DNA of 64,000 bases, taken from positions 62,001 to 126,000 of the forward strand of contig NIVC01001547.1 of the NCBI GenBank assembly GCA_002269645.1. Direction: 5' to 3'. This document shows positions 23,098 to 36,961 of the stretch, piece by piece. The translations under genes and the position numbers were made by a program. The notes beneath the pieces were generated by a model that saw only the letters and a program-made list of their open reading frames with translations, was not told where the DNA came from and searched no databases. Numbering within the stretch: position 1 is the first letter of the stretch; every line of letters starts with the position of its first letter. The DNA is from Macrostomum lignano. Lineage: Eukaryota.

Positions 23098-25368
23098 AGA
23101 GAGAATCACACCTCAGAGAGAATCACACCGCAGAGAGAATCACACCTCAGAGAGAATCACACCTCAGAGAGAATCACACCGCAGAGAGAATCACACCTCA
23201 GGGAGAATCACACCTCAAAGAGAATCACACCTCAGAGAGAATCACACCTCAGAGAGAATCGCACCTCAGAGAGAATCGCACCTCAGAGAGAATCACACCT
23301 CAGAGAGAATCACACCTCAGAGAGAATCACACCTCAGAGAGAATCACACCGCAGAGAGAATCACACCGCAGAGAGAATCGCACCTCAGAGAAAATCACAC
23401 CTCAGAGAGAATCACACCTCAGAGAGAATCACACCTCAAAGAGAATCACACCTCCGAAAGAATCACACCTCAGAGAGAATCACACCTCAGAGAAAATCAC
23501 ACCTCAGAGAGAATCACACCGCAGAGAGAATCGCACCTCAGAGAGAATCACACCTCAGATAGAATCACACCTCAGGGAGAATCACACCTCAGAGAGAATC
23601 ACACCTCAGAGAGAATCACACATCAGAGAGAATCACACCGCAGAGAGAATCACACCGCAGAGAGAATCACACCTCAGAGAGAATCACACCTCAGAGAGAA
23701 TCACACCTCAGAGAGAATCACACCTCAGAGAGAATCACACCTCAGAGAGAATCACACCTCAGAGAGAATCGCACCTCAGAGAAAATCACACCTCAGAGAG
23801 AATCACACCGCAGAGAGAATCACACCTCGGAGAGAATCACACCTCAGATAGAATCGCACCTCAGAGAGAATCACACCTGAGAGAGAATCGCACCTCAGAT
23901 AGAATCACACCTCAGAGAGAATCGCACCTCAGGGAGAATCACACCTCAGGGAGAATCACACCTCAGAGAGAATCACACCTCAGAGAGAATCGCACCTCAG
24001 AGAGAATCACACCTCAGAGAGAATCACACCTCAGAGAGAATCGCACCTCAGAGAGAATCACACCTGAGAGAGAATCGCACCTCAGATAGAATCACACCTC
24101 AGAGAGAATCACACCTCAAAGAGAATCACACCTCCGAAAGAATCACACCTCAGAGAGAATCACACCGCAGAGAGAATCGCACCTCAGAGGGAATCACACC
24201 TCAGATAGAATCACACCTCAGGGAGAATCACACCTCAGAGAGAATCACACCTAAAAGAGAATCACACATCAGAGAGAATCACACCGCAGAGAGAATCACA
24301 CCGCAGAGAGTATCACACCTCAGAGAGAATCACACCTCAGAGAGAATCACACCTCAGAGAGAATCAAACCGCAGAGAGAATCACACCGCAGAGAGAATCA
24401 CACCTCAGAGAGAATCACACCTCAGGGAGAATCACACCTTAGAGAGAATCGCACCTCAGAGAGAATCACACCTCAGATAGAATCACACCTCAGGGAGAAT
24501 CAAACCTCAGAGAGAATCACACCTAAAAGAGAATCACACATCAGAGAGAATCACACCGCAGAGAGAATCACACCGCAGAGAGAATCACACCTCAGAGAGA
24601 ATCACACCTCAGAGAGAATCACACCTCAGAGAGAATCACACCGCAGAGAGAATCACACCTCAGGGAGAATCACACCTCCGAAAGAATCACACCTCAGAGA
24701 GAATCACACCGCAGAGAGAATCGCACCTCAGAGAGAATCACACCTCAGAGAGAATCACACCTCAAAGAGAATCACACCTCAGAGAGAATCACACCTCAGA
24801 GAGAATCACACCTCAGAGAGAATCACACCTCAGAGAGAATCACACCTCAGAGAGAATCACACCTCAGAGAGAATCGCACCTCAGAGAAAATCACACCTCA
24901 GAGAGAATCACACCGCAGAGAGAATCACACCTCGGAGAGAATCACACCTCAGATAGAATCGCACCTCAGAGAGAATCACACCTGAGAGAGAATCGCACCT
25001 CAGATAGAATCACACCTCAGAGAGAATCGCACCTCAGGGAGAATCACACCTCAGGGAGAATCACACCTCAGAGAGAATCACACCTCAGAGAGAATCGCAC
25101 CTCAGAGAGAATCACACCTCAGAGAGAATCACACCTCAGAGAGAATCGCACCTCAGAGAGAATCACACCTGAGAGAGAATCGCACCTCAGATAGAATCAC
25201 ACCTCAGAGAGAATCGCACCTCAGAGAGAATCACACCTCAGAGAGAATCACACCTCAGAGAGAATCACACCTCAGAGAGAATCACACCTCAGAGAGAATC
25301 TCACCTCAGAGAGAATCACACTTCAGAGAGAATCTCACCTCAGAGAGAATCACACTTCAGAGAGAATC
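23098..25368. repeat. 17-bp minisatellite (AGAGAGAATCACACCTC), about 2.3 kb
   Basis: About 130 units; rare variant CTCGGAGAG recurs about 1105 bp apart (23829 and 24934). Confidence 0.98.
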
Positions 25369-25739
25369 AATAAGTGATAATTACGCTTTTCTAGCGGAAT
25401 TATGCCTTACATCATGAGTGCAAAGCGAAATCGCGCAAGCACTGCAGAGGACGCCCGAGTGTTGGCTTGGAGATTCGAGCCAATCAGAGACAGCCGGTCG
25501 CACAAATCCTATTTAAATCGAATACACCTATCCTAAATCAGCCGGCATTAGTCTTATGATTCTCTGACCCCAAGCAGCGAGATACTGAGCATTTAGTGAA
25601 CTCGTTTAAATCTAGTCAAATCGATTTCGTAAAAAAATTCTGTTGTAGGCGTCAATCTAATTAAATAAGAGTCAATTCAACAGATCGAGGTAAGTATACT
25701 CGATTGATTAATGTTCAAAAGTGTGAATACCTATGGTAA

Positions 25740-26820
25740 TTCTATAGACATATCTATGATAAAGCTATAGAGATATCTATAGTAAAGCTATAGATATCTA
25801 TGGTAAAGCTATAGACATCTATGGTAAAGCTATAGACATCTATGGACTATGGTAAAGCTATAGACATCTATAGTAAAGCTATAGAAATCTATAGTAATGC
25901 TATAGACATCCATGGTAAAGCTATAGACATATATGGTAAATCTATAGACACCCATGGTAAAACTATAGACATCCATGGTAAAGCTATAGACATATATGGT
26001 AAATCTATAGACACCCATGGTAAAACTATAGACATCTATGGTAAAGCTATAGACATCCATGGTAAAGCTATAGACATCTATGGTAAAGCTATAGACATCC
26101 ATGGTAAAGCTATAGACATTTATGGTAAAGCTATAGACATCTATGGTAAAGCTATAGACATCTATAGTAAAGCTATAGACATCTATAGTAAAGCTATAGA
26201 CATCTATAGTAAAGCTATAGACATCTATAGTAAAGCTATAGACATCTATAGTAAAGCTATAGACATCTATAGTAAAGCTATAGACATCTATAGTAAAGCT
26301 ATAGACATCTATAGTAAAGCTATAGACATCTATAGTAAAGCTATAGACATCTATAGTAAAGCTATAGACATCTATAGTAAAGCTATAGACATATCTATGG
26401 CAAAGCTATAGACATCTATGGTAAAGCTATAGACATCCATGGTAAAGCTATAGACATATATATGGCAAAGCTATAGACATCTATAGTAAAGCTATAGACA
26501 TCTATATTAAAGCTATAGACATCTATAGTAAAGCTATAGACATCTATAGTAAAGCTATAGACATCTATAGTAAAGCTATAGACATCTATAGTAAAGCTAT
26601 AGACATCTATGGTAAAGCTATAGACATCTATGGTAAAGCTATAGACATCCATGGTAAAGCTATAGACATATCTATGGCAAAGCTATAGACATCTATGGTA
26701 AAGCTATAGATATATCTATGGTAAAGCTATAGACATATCTATGGCAAAGCTATAGACATCTATGGTAAAGCTATAGACATCTATGGTAAAGCTATAGACA
26801 TCTATGGTAAAGCCATAGAC
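25740..26820. repeat. 21-bp palindromic minisatellite (CATCTATAGTAAAGCTATAGA)
   Basis: About 50 units; TCTATAG-TAAAG-CTATAGA inverted repeat within the unit. Confidence 0.97.
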
Positions 26821-27049
26821 AAAGCAGCGCTACCAAAGACAGTCAGTGTGTGTGTGTGTTCCTTTCATAATCTGGAAAGTCCACATTTTTATCGACAGCT
26901 TTTTCATATAATCATTTCCTTCACGGATGTGTGTAGCATTAAAGCAGTCAATATAAGCATACGAGCTAAATAGTAAAACAGTTATAAAAATATATTAGAA
27001 ACTTAACCCTTGCGATATTTTTCGCGCAAACCCACCCCAAATTAATAAA

Positions 27050-27157
27050 TTATAATTAATTACACCTATCATAATGGCCAGATGTGCAGCCGACAGCTCA
27101 GCCGCAGCTATTGCGCGGCGCATCTGAAGGCTGCGTACGGCTGTTCAGTCCAAGGAC
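27050..27157 (-). mobile_element. 5'-truncated copy of SINE family A (3' body)
   Basis: Reverse complement matches the 3' part of the 36962-37269 element almost exactly. Confidence 0.85.
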
Positions 27158-27505
27158 AGGAGTGGGCAGAATTTCCGTCAGAGATGGTGTGGGACGATGT
27201 CGCTGAAGGCGTTGCGTCAGGGTGCCCCCAGCCTCCCACAATAAGTCTTTAACCATGCATGTCCCAACTCTTGCATAGAGAAACAAAATCAAGTGCTCAA
27301 TTTCTACCTCGGCATAAAAAATCTTCAGAATTCTTTGTAATCATTGTAGACATTTTAATAACTTGCCTGTCAAGCTTTGCGTGACTTTCAGTCAAACTAA
27401 TTAAGTCAGCGAATCTGTTGCTGCATTCATTAATCAAATTAATAATTTAGCATAGAGCTGCACTCAGGCATAGACAAAAAAGATTCTGGTTGCATTCTGA
27501 GACAA

Positions 27506-27694
27506 CTCCCTCTCTCTCTCTCTCTCTCCCTCTCTATCTCTCTCTCTCGATCTCTCCCTCTCTCTCTCTCTCTCTCCCTCTCTATCTCTCTCTCTCGATC
27601 TCTCCCTCTCTCTCTCTCTCTCTCCCTCTCTATCTCTCTCTCTCGATCTCTCCCTCTCTCTCTCTCTCTCTCCCTCTCTATCTCTCTCTCTCGA

Positions 27695-27726
<32 letters not shown>

Positions 27727-27748
27727 CCTCTCTATCTCTCTCTCTCGA

Positions 27749-27780
<32 letters not shown>

Positions 27781-27886
27781 CCTCTCTATCTCTCTCTCTC
27801 GATCTCTCCCTCTCTCTCTCTCTCTCTCTCCCTCTCTATCTCTCTCTCTCGATCTCTCCCTCCCTCTCTCTCTCTCTCCCTCTCTA

Positions 27887-27917
<31 letters not shown>

Positions 27918-27980
27918 ATCTCTCTCTCCCTCTCTCTATCTCTCTCTCTCTCCCTCTGCCCCCCCCTCTCTCTCTTTCTC
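27506..27980. repeat. (CT)n compound microsatellite
   Basis: Direct read. Confidence 0.97.
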
Positions 27981-28394
27981 TGTGGACACCTCTGTCTCTT
28001 GTGTGGACAGTAATTTCCTTTGAAAGTTAGTAATTCAACTGAAATAATCGATCATCAACGCACTAAAAGCCAATAAGTTGAAATGATCGAAGGTCGAATG
28101 ACACTCAGTGGCACCGGAAAGACTCGAAATTTTCACGATGCTTCTCTGTCATCGAGAGATGTCATCTTAATAAATTATATTTCATTCTGTCAGCCAGCTC
28201 TCATTAGTCAAAGCAACGCAGCACTGAAGATAATGATTGCCTTTATCACCACAAACCTTAATAGCCATGCAAAACTTTATGAGATTACTGATGCAGCATT
28301 GTAACGATATCGATCGTCTTTTTATCTACATGTAACCAAATCTTCTGAAAAAAGGTCTAGAAAAAATATGCGCCGAGAAAGAAAGAGTGAAAAA

Positions 28395-28570
28395 TGACAT
28401 CACATCAACACATTTTGCAACACATCACATCAAATCTCAGCACATGGCATCACATCACGGTGCATCACAGCACATCAAATCACATCAAATTACGACGCAT
28501 CACATCGCATCACATCACATCACATTACATCACATCGCATCACATGGCATCATATCACATCACATTACAA
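28395..28570. repeat. Degenerate (CACAT)n repeat
   Basis: Direct read. Confidence 0.8.
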
Positions 28571-29794
28571 CACGCAACATCGAATTGCAAAATGTCACAT
28601 CAAAAATATTGCACAGTACATTGAATACAAAATTAAGTAAGAATAACTTTGCATCAATACAAATTAATTAAGCTTCTTTCCATTCACTCCAAACAAGAAA
28701 GACTATTCAAAAGATGTTGGCGAAAAACATAATTTTCTTTGAGAAAATAATTTGAAATTAACAACCTGTCAAGTGTAATCTGAGCAAGAGATTAAGTCTT
28801 ACTGAAAAATTTGCACACGTCACGTGCACATCAAAATATCGGAGAAAATTTGCAAAGCAACAGCCGCTGGGGGGGGATTAAGACAGGGGCAGGGGCAAGG
28901 CTTCAGCTTAGAAAAGGTGAGCCTAGAATTTCCTTTTAAATCGAATAGCTCTTTGAGCCGAAGCCGTTAGAGCTTAATCCAGTGACGTCATAGACTTATC
29001 CGATGAAACGTTTTTATAGCTGGTCAGTTTATGAGCAAGAGAGTGGCTACTCAACTTTCTTATATTCTGTTCTCACTTTACTACGAACTATAACCGCTAA
29101 TTCTCTTAATTGCGTCTGACGGGTATCTCAGTGTCTCAGTGTTGCTGATCTTTGACATGTTTACCATAAGCAAGGTTGATCAAGTCAATCCACTGTTATT
29201 GATTGCACGCAAACGTGGCCCCGTCAAAGCAATCGCCAAGGAAGTTAATTAGGGCGTTACAAGGGATTTGAGAAACCTCAAGGGAGCCGGAAAAAACAAC
29301 GCAAAAAAATCGTGCTATTGCGCGCGAAAGATGGTGAAAAACACAGCCTCTTGTACTTCAGCTTCTTCAGTTTCTCTTCAAAATAGACCTGCCCTTGAAA
29401 AGTGCTACACCCCTGTTTATTTCTAGGGTGAACTGTTAGACCCAAAATCAGTCCATGAACAGAAGTTGATCCTACAAAGGCGTTAATTCAATCAACGGAT
29501 TATCTTATTGTTGAGCCTTTGGCGGCTCTGCTTTCAAAAAACATTTGCGTCATCTTAGCTACAGAGAGATGGAAAAGCTTTGGCCAACTTGAGGTGACCT
29601 TGTTTTAAGTTCTAAAAATAGCCGGCCAACCCAATATTCACATCTCGTTAGTGAAATGCTTTCCAAAAGAACTTTTAAGGACCAAGTAGCTTTTTCGTCT
29701 AAAAATTAATCTGTAAAAAATGATGAGAAGAAGTAACAATTTGAGTGATAGACGTGAATGATAGTTTAAATTAGATGCTACCTACCTGCTGGAA

Positions 29795-30557
29795 CCTCTT
29801 GCGCCCCTTGGTGCTGGCGCCCTTTGGTGCTGGCGCCCCTTGGTGCTGGCGCCCCTTGGTGCTGGCGCCCCTTGGTGCTGGCGCCCCTTGGTGCTGGCGC
29901 CCCGTGGTGCTGGCGCCCCTTGGTGCTGGCGCCCCTTGGTGCTGGCGCCCCTTGGTGCTAAAGCCCCTTGGTGCTGGCGCCCCTTGGTGCTAAAGCCCCT
30001 TGGTGCTAAAGCCCCTTGGTGCTGGCGCCCCTTGGTGCTAAAGCCCCTTGGTGCTGGCGCCCCTTGGTGCTAAAGTCTCTTGGTGCTAAAGCCCCTTGGT
30101 GCTGGCGCCCCTTGGTGCTAAAGCCCCTTGGTGCTGGCGCCCCTTGGTGCTAAAGTCTCTTGGTGCTAAAGCCCCTTGGTGCTGGCGCCCCTTGGTGCTG
30201 GCGCCCCTTGGTGCTAAAGCCCCTTGGTGCTAAAGCCCCTTGGTGCTAAAGCCCCTTGGTGCTGGCGCCCCTTGGTGCTAAAGCCCCTTGGTGCTAAAGC
30301 CCCTTGGTGCTAAAGCCCCTTGGTGCTAAAGCCCCTTGGTGCTGGCGCCCCTTGGTGCTAAAGTCTCTTGGTGCTAAAGCCCCTTGGTGCTGGCGCCCCT
30401 TGGTGCTAAAGCCCCTTGGTGCTGGCGCCCCTTGGTGCTAAAGTCTCTTGGTGCTAAAGCCCCTTGGTGCTGGCGCCCCTTGGTGCTGGCGCCCCTTGGT
30501 GCTAAAGCCCCTTGGTGCTAAAGCCCCTTGGTGCTAAAGCCCCTTGGTGCTAAAGCC
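29795..30557. repeat. 16-17-bp minisatellite (GCCCCTTGGTGCTAAA / GCCCCTTGGTGCTGGC)
   Basis: About 47 units upstream of the GPCR start. Confidence 0.96.
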
Positions 30558-30675
30558 TGAAGCAATTAAAGCAAACATTAATTTTTGATGTTCAAAAGGT
30601 TTCAATAACGTGAAATCCCTGATTGAAGGCTCAAGTTTTTTTTTTCTTTTTCAACCTCCTGAATCCAGAGCAGTG

Positions 30676-31245
30676 ATGGCAGCGGTAAGGCACTTATCAG
30701 CCGACGACTTCCTGGAGGTCACACAACCGACACCGGCTCCCAGCCCTGAGCTGCTGCGCTACCGCGAGTGCGCGCTGAAGCATCTCAGCGGCACCAAGCT
30801 GGATGCGGCGGTGTTGAACCCGAGCCACATGAAGGCCCTGTACCAGATGGCCCTGTGCATCAACTCTACAGCCACCCAAGCCATAGAATCAATCAGAGAC
30901 AGTCTGGCCAAAACTAAAGCTCGTGAGCTGCCAATTATGATTGGCATATTGATTGTTTACTCTTTGCTAGCCCTGTTCGGTGGGGCCGCCAACGGTGTAG
31001 TAATCGTCACCGTTTGTCGCAGCAAGCGCCTTCGCACGAGCCACAATTTCTACATCTGCAACCTGGCCGTGTCTGACCTCATTCTCTGCGCTCTGACTCA
31101 ACCGCTGAACGCACTGAGACTGCTGCAGAACTATGTCAGCTGGGACTATGGAGTGTGCGTCTGCAGGATGGTCAACATGCTAACTGGTCTGAACATGTTT
31201 GTGTCCACCTTTTCTATCACGGCAATTGCGGTTGACCGGTGCAAG
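30676..31245 (+). CDS. Neuropeptide Y/F receptor-like rhodopsin GPCR, exon 1 of 3 (model 30676-31245, 34486-35124, 37450-37671; 476 aa)
   Basis: TM1 ...GGAANGVV, TM2 NFYICNLAVSDL, TM3 ...TAIAVDRCK; AAG|GTGAGT donor phase 0; ATG 7 nt after a polypyrimidine/CAG acceptor. Confidence 0.92.
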
Positions 31246-31314
31246 GTGAGTCAATAAAATTCTGCTTATTTTGTTGGTCAACAAGTTAATTACTTGTAGT
31301 AACTTATAAAGTTA

Positions 31315-31350
31315 TTTAATTAGTCAGTTAGTTACTTAGTTAGTTATTTA

Positions 31351-31381
<31 letters not shown>

Positions 31382-31432
31382 CCAGCCAGTCAGTCAGTCA
31401 GTCAGCCAGTCAGTCAGTCAGTCAGTCAGTCA

Positions 31433-31473
<41 letters not shown>

Positions 31474-31532
31474 CCAGCCAGTCAGTCAGTCAGTCAGCCA
31501 GTCAGCCAGTCAGTCAGTCAGTCAGCCAGTCA

Positions 31533-31573
<41 letters not shown>

Positions 31574-31764
31574 CCAGCCAGCCAGTCAGTCAGTCAGTTA
31601 GTCAGTTAGTCAGTCAGTCAGTCAGTCAGTCAGTCAGTCAGTCAGTCAGTCAGTCAGTCAGTCAGTCAGTCAGTCAGTCAGTCAGTCAGCCAGTCGGTCA
31701 GTCAGTCAGTCAGTCAGTCAGTCAGTCAGTCAGTCAGTCAGTCAGTCAGTCAGTCAGTCAGTCA

Positions 31765-31805
<41 letters not shown>

Positions 31806-31832
31806 CCAGTCGGTCAGTCAGTCAGTCAGTCA

Positions 31833-31873
<41 letters not shown>

Positions 31874-31899
31874 CCAGTCGGTCAGTCAGTCAGTCGGTC

Positions 31900-31931
<32 letters not shown>

Positions 31932-32024
31932 AGTCAGTCAGTCAGTCAGTCAGTCAGTCAGTCAGTCAGTCAGTCAGTCAGTCAGTCAGTCAGCCAGTCG
32001 GTCAGTCAGTCAGTCAGTCAGTCA

Positions 32025-32065
<41 letters not shown>

Positions 32066-32264
32066 CCAGTCGGTCAGTCAGTCAGTCAGTCAGTTAGTCA
32101 GTTAGTCAGTCAGTCAGTCAGTCAGTCAGTCAGTCAGTCAGTCAGTCAGTCAGTCAGTCAGTCAGTCAGTCAGTCAGTCAGTCAGCCAGTCGGTCAGTCA
32201 GTCAGTCAGTCAGTCAGTCAGTCAGTCAGTCAGTCAGTCAGTCAGTCAGTCAGTCAGTCAGTCA

Positions 32265-32305
<41 letters not shown>

Positions 32306-33268
32306 CCAGTCGGTCAGTCAGTCAGTCAGTCAGTTAGTCAGTCAGTCAGTCAGTCAGTCAGTCAGTCAGTCAGTCAGTCAGTCAGTCAGTCAGTCAGTCA
32401 GTCAGTCAGTCAGTCAGTCAGTCAGTCAGTCAGTCAGTCAGTCAGTCAGTCAGTCAGTCAGTCAGTCAGTCAGTCAGCCAGTCAGTCAGTCAGTCAGTCA
32501 GTCAGTCAGTCAGTCAGTCAGTCAGTCAGTCAGTCAGCCAGTCAGTCAGTCAGTCAGTCAGTCAGTCAGCCAGTCAGTCAGTCAGTCAGTCAGTCAGTCA
32601 GTCAGTCAGTCAGTCAGTCAGTCAGTCAGTCAGTCAGTCAGTCAGTCAGTCAGTCAGTCAGTCAGTCAGTCAGTCAGTCAGTCAGTCAGTCAGTCAGCCA
32701 GTCAGTCAGTCAGTCAGTCAGTCAGTCAGTCAGTCAGTCAGTCAGTCAGTCAGTCAGCCAGTCAGTCAGTCAGTCAGCCAGTCAGCCAGTCAGTCAGTCA
32801 GTCAGTCAGTCAGTCAGTCAGTCAGTCAGTCAGTCAGTCAGTCAGTCAGTCAGTCAGTCAGTCAGTCAGTCAGTCAGTCAGTCAGTCAGTCAGTCAGTCA
32901 GTCAGTCAGCCAGCCAGTCAGTCAGTCAGTCAGCCAGCCAGTCAGTCAGTCAGTCAGTCAGTCAGTCAGCCAGTCAGTCAGTCAGTCAGTCAGTCAGTCA
33001 GTCAGTCAGTCAGTCACTCAGTCAGTCAGCCAGTCAGTCAGTCAGTCAGTCAGTCAGTCAGTCAGTCAGTCAGTCAGTCAGTCAGTCAGTCAGCCAGTCA
33101 GTCAGTCAGTCAGTCAGTCAGTCAGTCAGTCAGTCAGTCAGTCAGTCAGTCAGCCAGCCAGTCAGTCAGTCAGTCAGTCAGCCAGTCAGTCAGTCAGTCA
33201 GTCAGTCAGTCAGTCAGTCAGTCAGTCAGTCAGCCAGTCAGTCAGTCAGTCAGTCAGTCAGTCAGCCA

Positions 33269-33319
<51 letters not shown>

Positions 33320-33692
33320 AGTCAGTCAGTCAGCCAGTCAGTCAGTCAGTCAGTCAGTCAGCCAGTCAGTCAGTCAGTCAGTCAGTCAGTCAGTCAGTCA
33401 GTCAGTCAGTCAGCCAGTCAGTCAGTCAGTCAGTCAGTCAGTCAGTCAGTCAGTCAGTCAGTCAGTCAGCCAGTCAGTCAGTCAGTCAGTCAGTCAGTCA
33501 GTCAGTCAGTCAGTCAGTCAGTCAGCCAGTCAGTCAGTCAGTCAGTCAGTCAGTCAGCCAGTCAGTCAGTCAGTCAGTCAGTCAGTCAGTCAGTCAGTCA
33601 GTCAGTCAGTCAGTCAGTCAGTCAGTCAGCCAGTCAGTCAGTCAGTCAGTCAGTCAGCCAGTCAGTCAGTCAGTCAGTCAGTCAGTCAGTCA

Positions 33693-33733
<41 letters not shown>

Positions 33734-34028
33734 CCAGTCGGTCAGTCAGTCAGTCAGCCAGTCAGTCAGTCAGTCAGTCAGTCAGTCAGTCAGTCAGTCA
33801 GTCAGTCAGTCAGTCAGTCAGCCAGTCAGTCAGTCAGTCAGTCAGTCAGCCAGTCAGTCAGTCAGTCAGTCAGTCAGTCAGTCAGTCAGTCAGTCAGTCA
33901 GTCAGCCAGTCAGTCAGTCAGTCAGTCAGTCAGTCAGTCAGTCAGTCAGTCAGTCAGCCAGTCATTCAGTCAGTCAGTCAGTCAGTCAGTCAGTCAGTCA
34001 GTCAGTCAGTCAGTCAGCCAGTCAGTCA
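31315..34028. repeat. (GTCA)n microsatellite, about 2.7 kb, GPCR intron 1
   Basis: Direct read. Confidence 0.99.
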
Positions 34029-34485
34029 CAGCTCACATCAGCAGGTTTCCAGAATCCTCACGGACAAAAGTTCATGCGTGTAACTCAATACTCGAACTGA
34101 GCCTGACTGCTGAGTCATCTGGACACGAAACCCGAGGAGATTCGCTCATATCTGTTGTTTTTACAACTCAAATATTCGTTGTTCCGACGCTCAAGCCATC
34201 CCTGTTTTAAAATTCATTTTAAATGCTAATTACATTTAAATAATGACGGCACTTCTGTGCCTGTGAGTTCGGTCTTTTGAAAGAGGTGGCTTCCGACGGC
34301 TTCTATCAAGCCACTACCCTGTTTTAAAATTCATTTTAAATGCATAATTACATAATTAAATAATGACGGCACTCTCTGTGCCTTCTGTGAGTTGCGGTCT
34401 AACCTTTGAAAGAGTTTGTGGCATGAATCTGAACGTCGAGTCTTTTATCTAAGCTACACACAGAAAAAAAACCATCATTCTACAG

Positions 34486-35124
34486 ACAATCGCGAGCCTG
34501 AAAGTCAAGGCTCCATCAGCTCTGCACAGGTGCAAAGGTCGCGACCTCCTGCTAAGCCTGCTGGCAATCTGGGGCGCCGCCGCCCTGGTCGCTTCGCCTC
34601 TGGCCGCATTCGCCACTGTGACGGAGAACCCGCTGCACAAGCCGCCGGTGAAGATGTGCATCGAGCAGGCTGGCGAAGACCTGGTGAACTGGGCCAAGTT
34701 GGCCTACAGCGCCGCGTCAATTCTGGTGCAGTACCTCCTGCCGCTGGCCATCGTGCTGGCTGCCTACGGAAGAATCCGGAAACGTCTGCGCCACCGAATG
34801 CTGCACCTGCGGCGTCGCAGCCTGTCGTTCTCACAGCGTCACCTGGAAGCCAGACGTCAGCGACGCGCCAACTGGCAGTTGACGGCAATCAGTTTGACCT
34901 TCAGCTTGAGCTGGCTGCCGCTGTCGGTTGTCAACATCGTGCAGGAGTGCAAACTGATTGGGAAACTGGCGAACAATGGTGCGCCAAATGTTTCTGAAAC
35001 TGCTGCTGACAACAATGTCAGCACGTTCGGAGTGGTGGCAGCTCAAACCGTGCCCCTGGTGCTGGTGCTGGTGTCCGCCTGTCTCAACCCGGTGTTCTAC
35101 GGCTGGCTGAATGAAAACTTTCAG
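34486..35124 (+). CDS. NPY/NPF receptor-like GPCR exon 2
   Basis: cattctacag|ACA acceptor phase 0; TM4 LLAIW...ASP, ECL2 Cys, TM5 QYLLPL, TM6 FSLSWLP, TM7 SACLNPVFYGWLNENFQ (YGWLNENF typical of NPY/NPF/PrRP receptors); CAG|GTGAGC donor. Confidence 0.92.
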
Positions 35125-35159
35125 GTGAGCAGCGTAGCGAAAGCAGGGTGACAACGTAC

Positions 35160-36722
35160 GGAATCCCACCATTACAGAATCCCACCATTACAGAATCCCA
35201 CCATTACAGAATCCCACCATTACAGAATTCCACCATTACAGAATCCCACCATTACAGAATCCCACCATTACAGAATCCCACCATTACAGAATTCCACCAT
35301 TACAGAATCCCACCATTACAGAATCCCACCATTACAGAATCCCACCAATACAGAATCACACCATTACAGAATCCCACCATTACAGAATCCCACCATTACA
35401 GAATCCCTAATATTACAGAACCCTAACCATTACAGAATCCCACCATTACAGAATCCCACAATAACAGAATCCCAACATTACAGAATCCCACCATTACAGA
35501 ATCCCACCATTACAGAATCCCACCATTACAGAATCCCACCATTACAGAATCCCATCATTACAGAATCCCACGATTACAGAATCCCATCATTACAGAATCC
35601 CACCATTACAGAATCCCAACATTACAGAATTCCACCATTACAGAATCCCACCATTACAGAATCCCACCATTACAGAATCCCAACATTACAGAATCCCACC
35701 ATTACAGAATCCCACCATTACAGAATCCCACCATTACAGAATCCCACCATTACAGAATCCCACCATTACAGAATCCCACCATTACAGAATCCCACCATTA
35801 CAGAATCCCACCATTACAGAATTCCACCATTACAGAATCCCACCATTACAGAATCCCACCATTACAGAATCCCAACATTACAGAATCCCACAATAACATT
35901 ACAGAATCCCACCATTACAGAATCCCATCATTACAGAATCCCCACCATTACAGAATCCCACCATTACAGAATCCCACCATTACAGAATCCCACCATTACA
36001 GAATCCCACCATTACAGAATCCCATCATTACAGAATCCCACGATTACAGAATCCCATCATTACAGAATCCCACCATTACAGAATCCCACCATTACAGAAT
36101 TCCACCATTACAGAATCCCAACATTACAGAATTCCACCATTACAGAATCCCACCATTACAGAATCCTACCATTACAGAATCCCACCATTACAGAATCCTA
36201 CCATTACAGAATCCCACCATTACAGAATCCCACCATTACAGAATCCCACCATTACAGAATCCCACCATTACAGAATCCCACCATTACAGAATCCCAACAT
36301 TACAGAATCCCACCATTACAGAATCCCACCATTACAGAATCCCACCATTACAGAATCCTACCATTACAGAATCCCACCATTACAGAATCCCACCATTACA
36401 GAATCCCACCATTACAGAATCCCACCATTACAGAATCCCACCATTACAGAATCCCACCATTACAGAATCCCACCATTACAGAATCCCACCATTACAGAAT
36501 CCCACCATTACAGAATCCCACCATTACAGAATCCCACCATTACAGAATCCCACCATTACAGAATCCCACCATTACAGAATCCCACCATTACAGAATCCCA
36601 ACATTACAGAATCCCACCATTACAGAATCCCACCATTACAGAATCCCACCATTACAGAATCCTACCATTACAGAATCCCACCATTACAGAATCCCTAATA
36701 TTACAGAACCCCAACCATTACA
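35160..36722. repeat. 16-bp minisatellite (CAGAATCCCACCATTA), GPCR intron 2
   Basis: About 97 units. Confidence 0.98.
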
Positions 36723-36961
36723 TAACAATGTATTTCACACACATTACACATTGACCTGTCTTCAAAATTCTGCAATCATCTCTTATGTTATTAGTTGAAA
36801 TCAGCAACCAGCTTGTATGAAGTCAGCTCTGAGCGAATGTCGAAGTTAGTCTGCAATATGAGCACATATCCCTCATAGCAGTTAGCCAATATCATTTGAG
36901 CCTGAGATCCTTTAAAGCTTTAAAAAGTGGGTAGTGAGTGTCCAAGTATTAGACATTTAGT

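Noticed and set aside
34530-34533. Alternative GPCR exon-2 acceptor (gcacag|G)
   Set aside because: Phase 1, incompatible with the phase-0 exon-1 donor; the acceptor at 34485 restores frame and ICL2.
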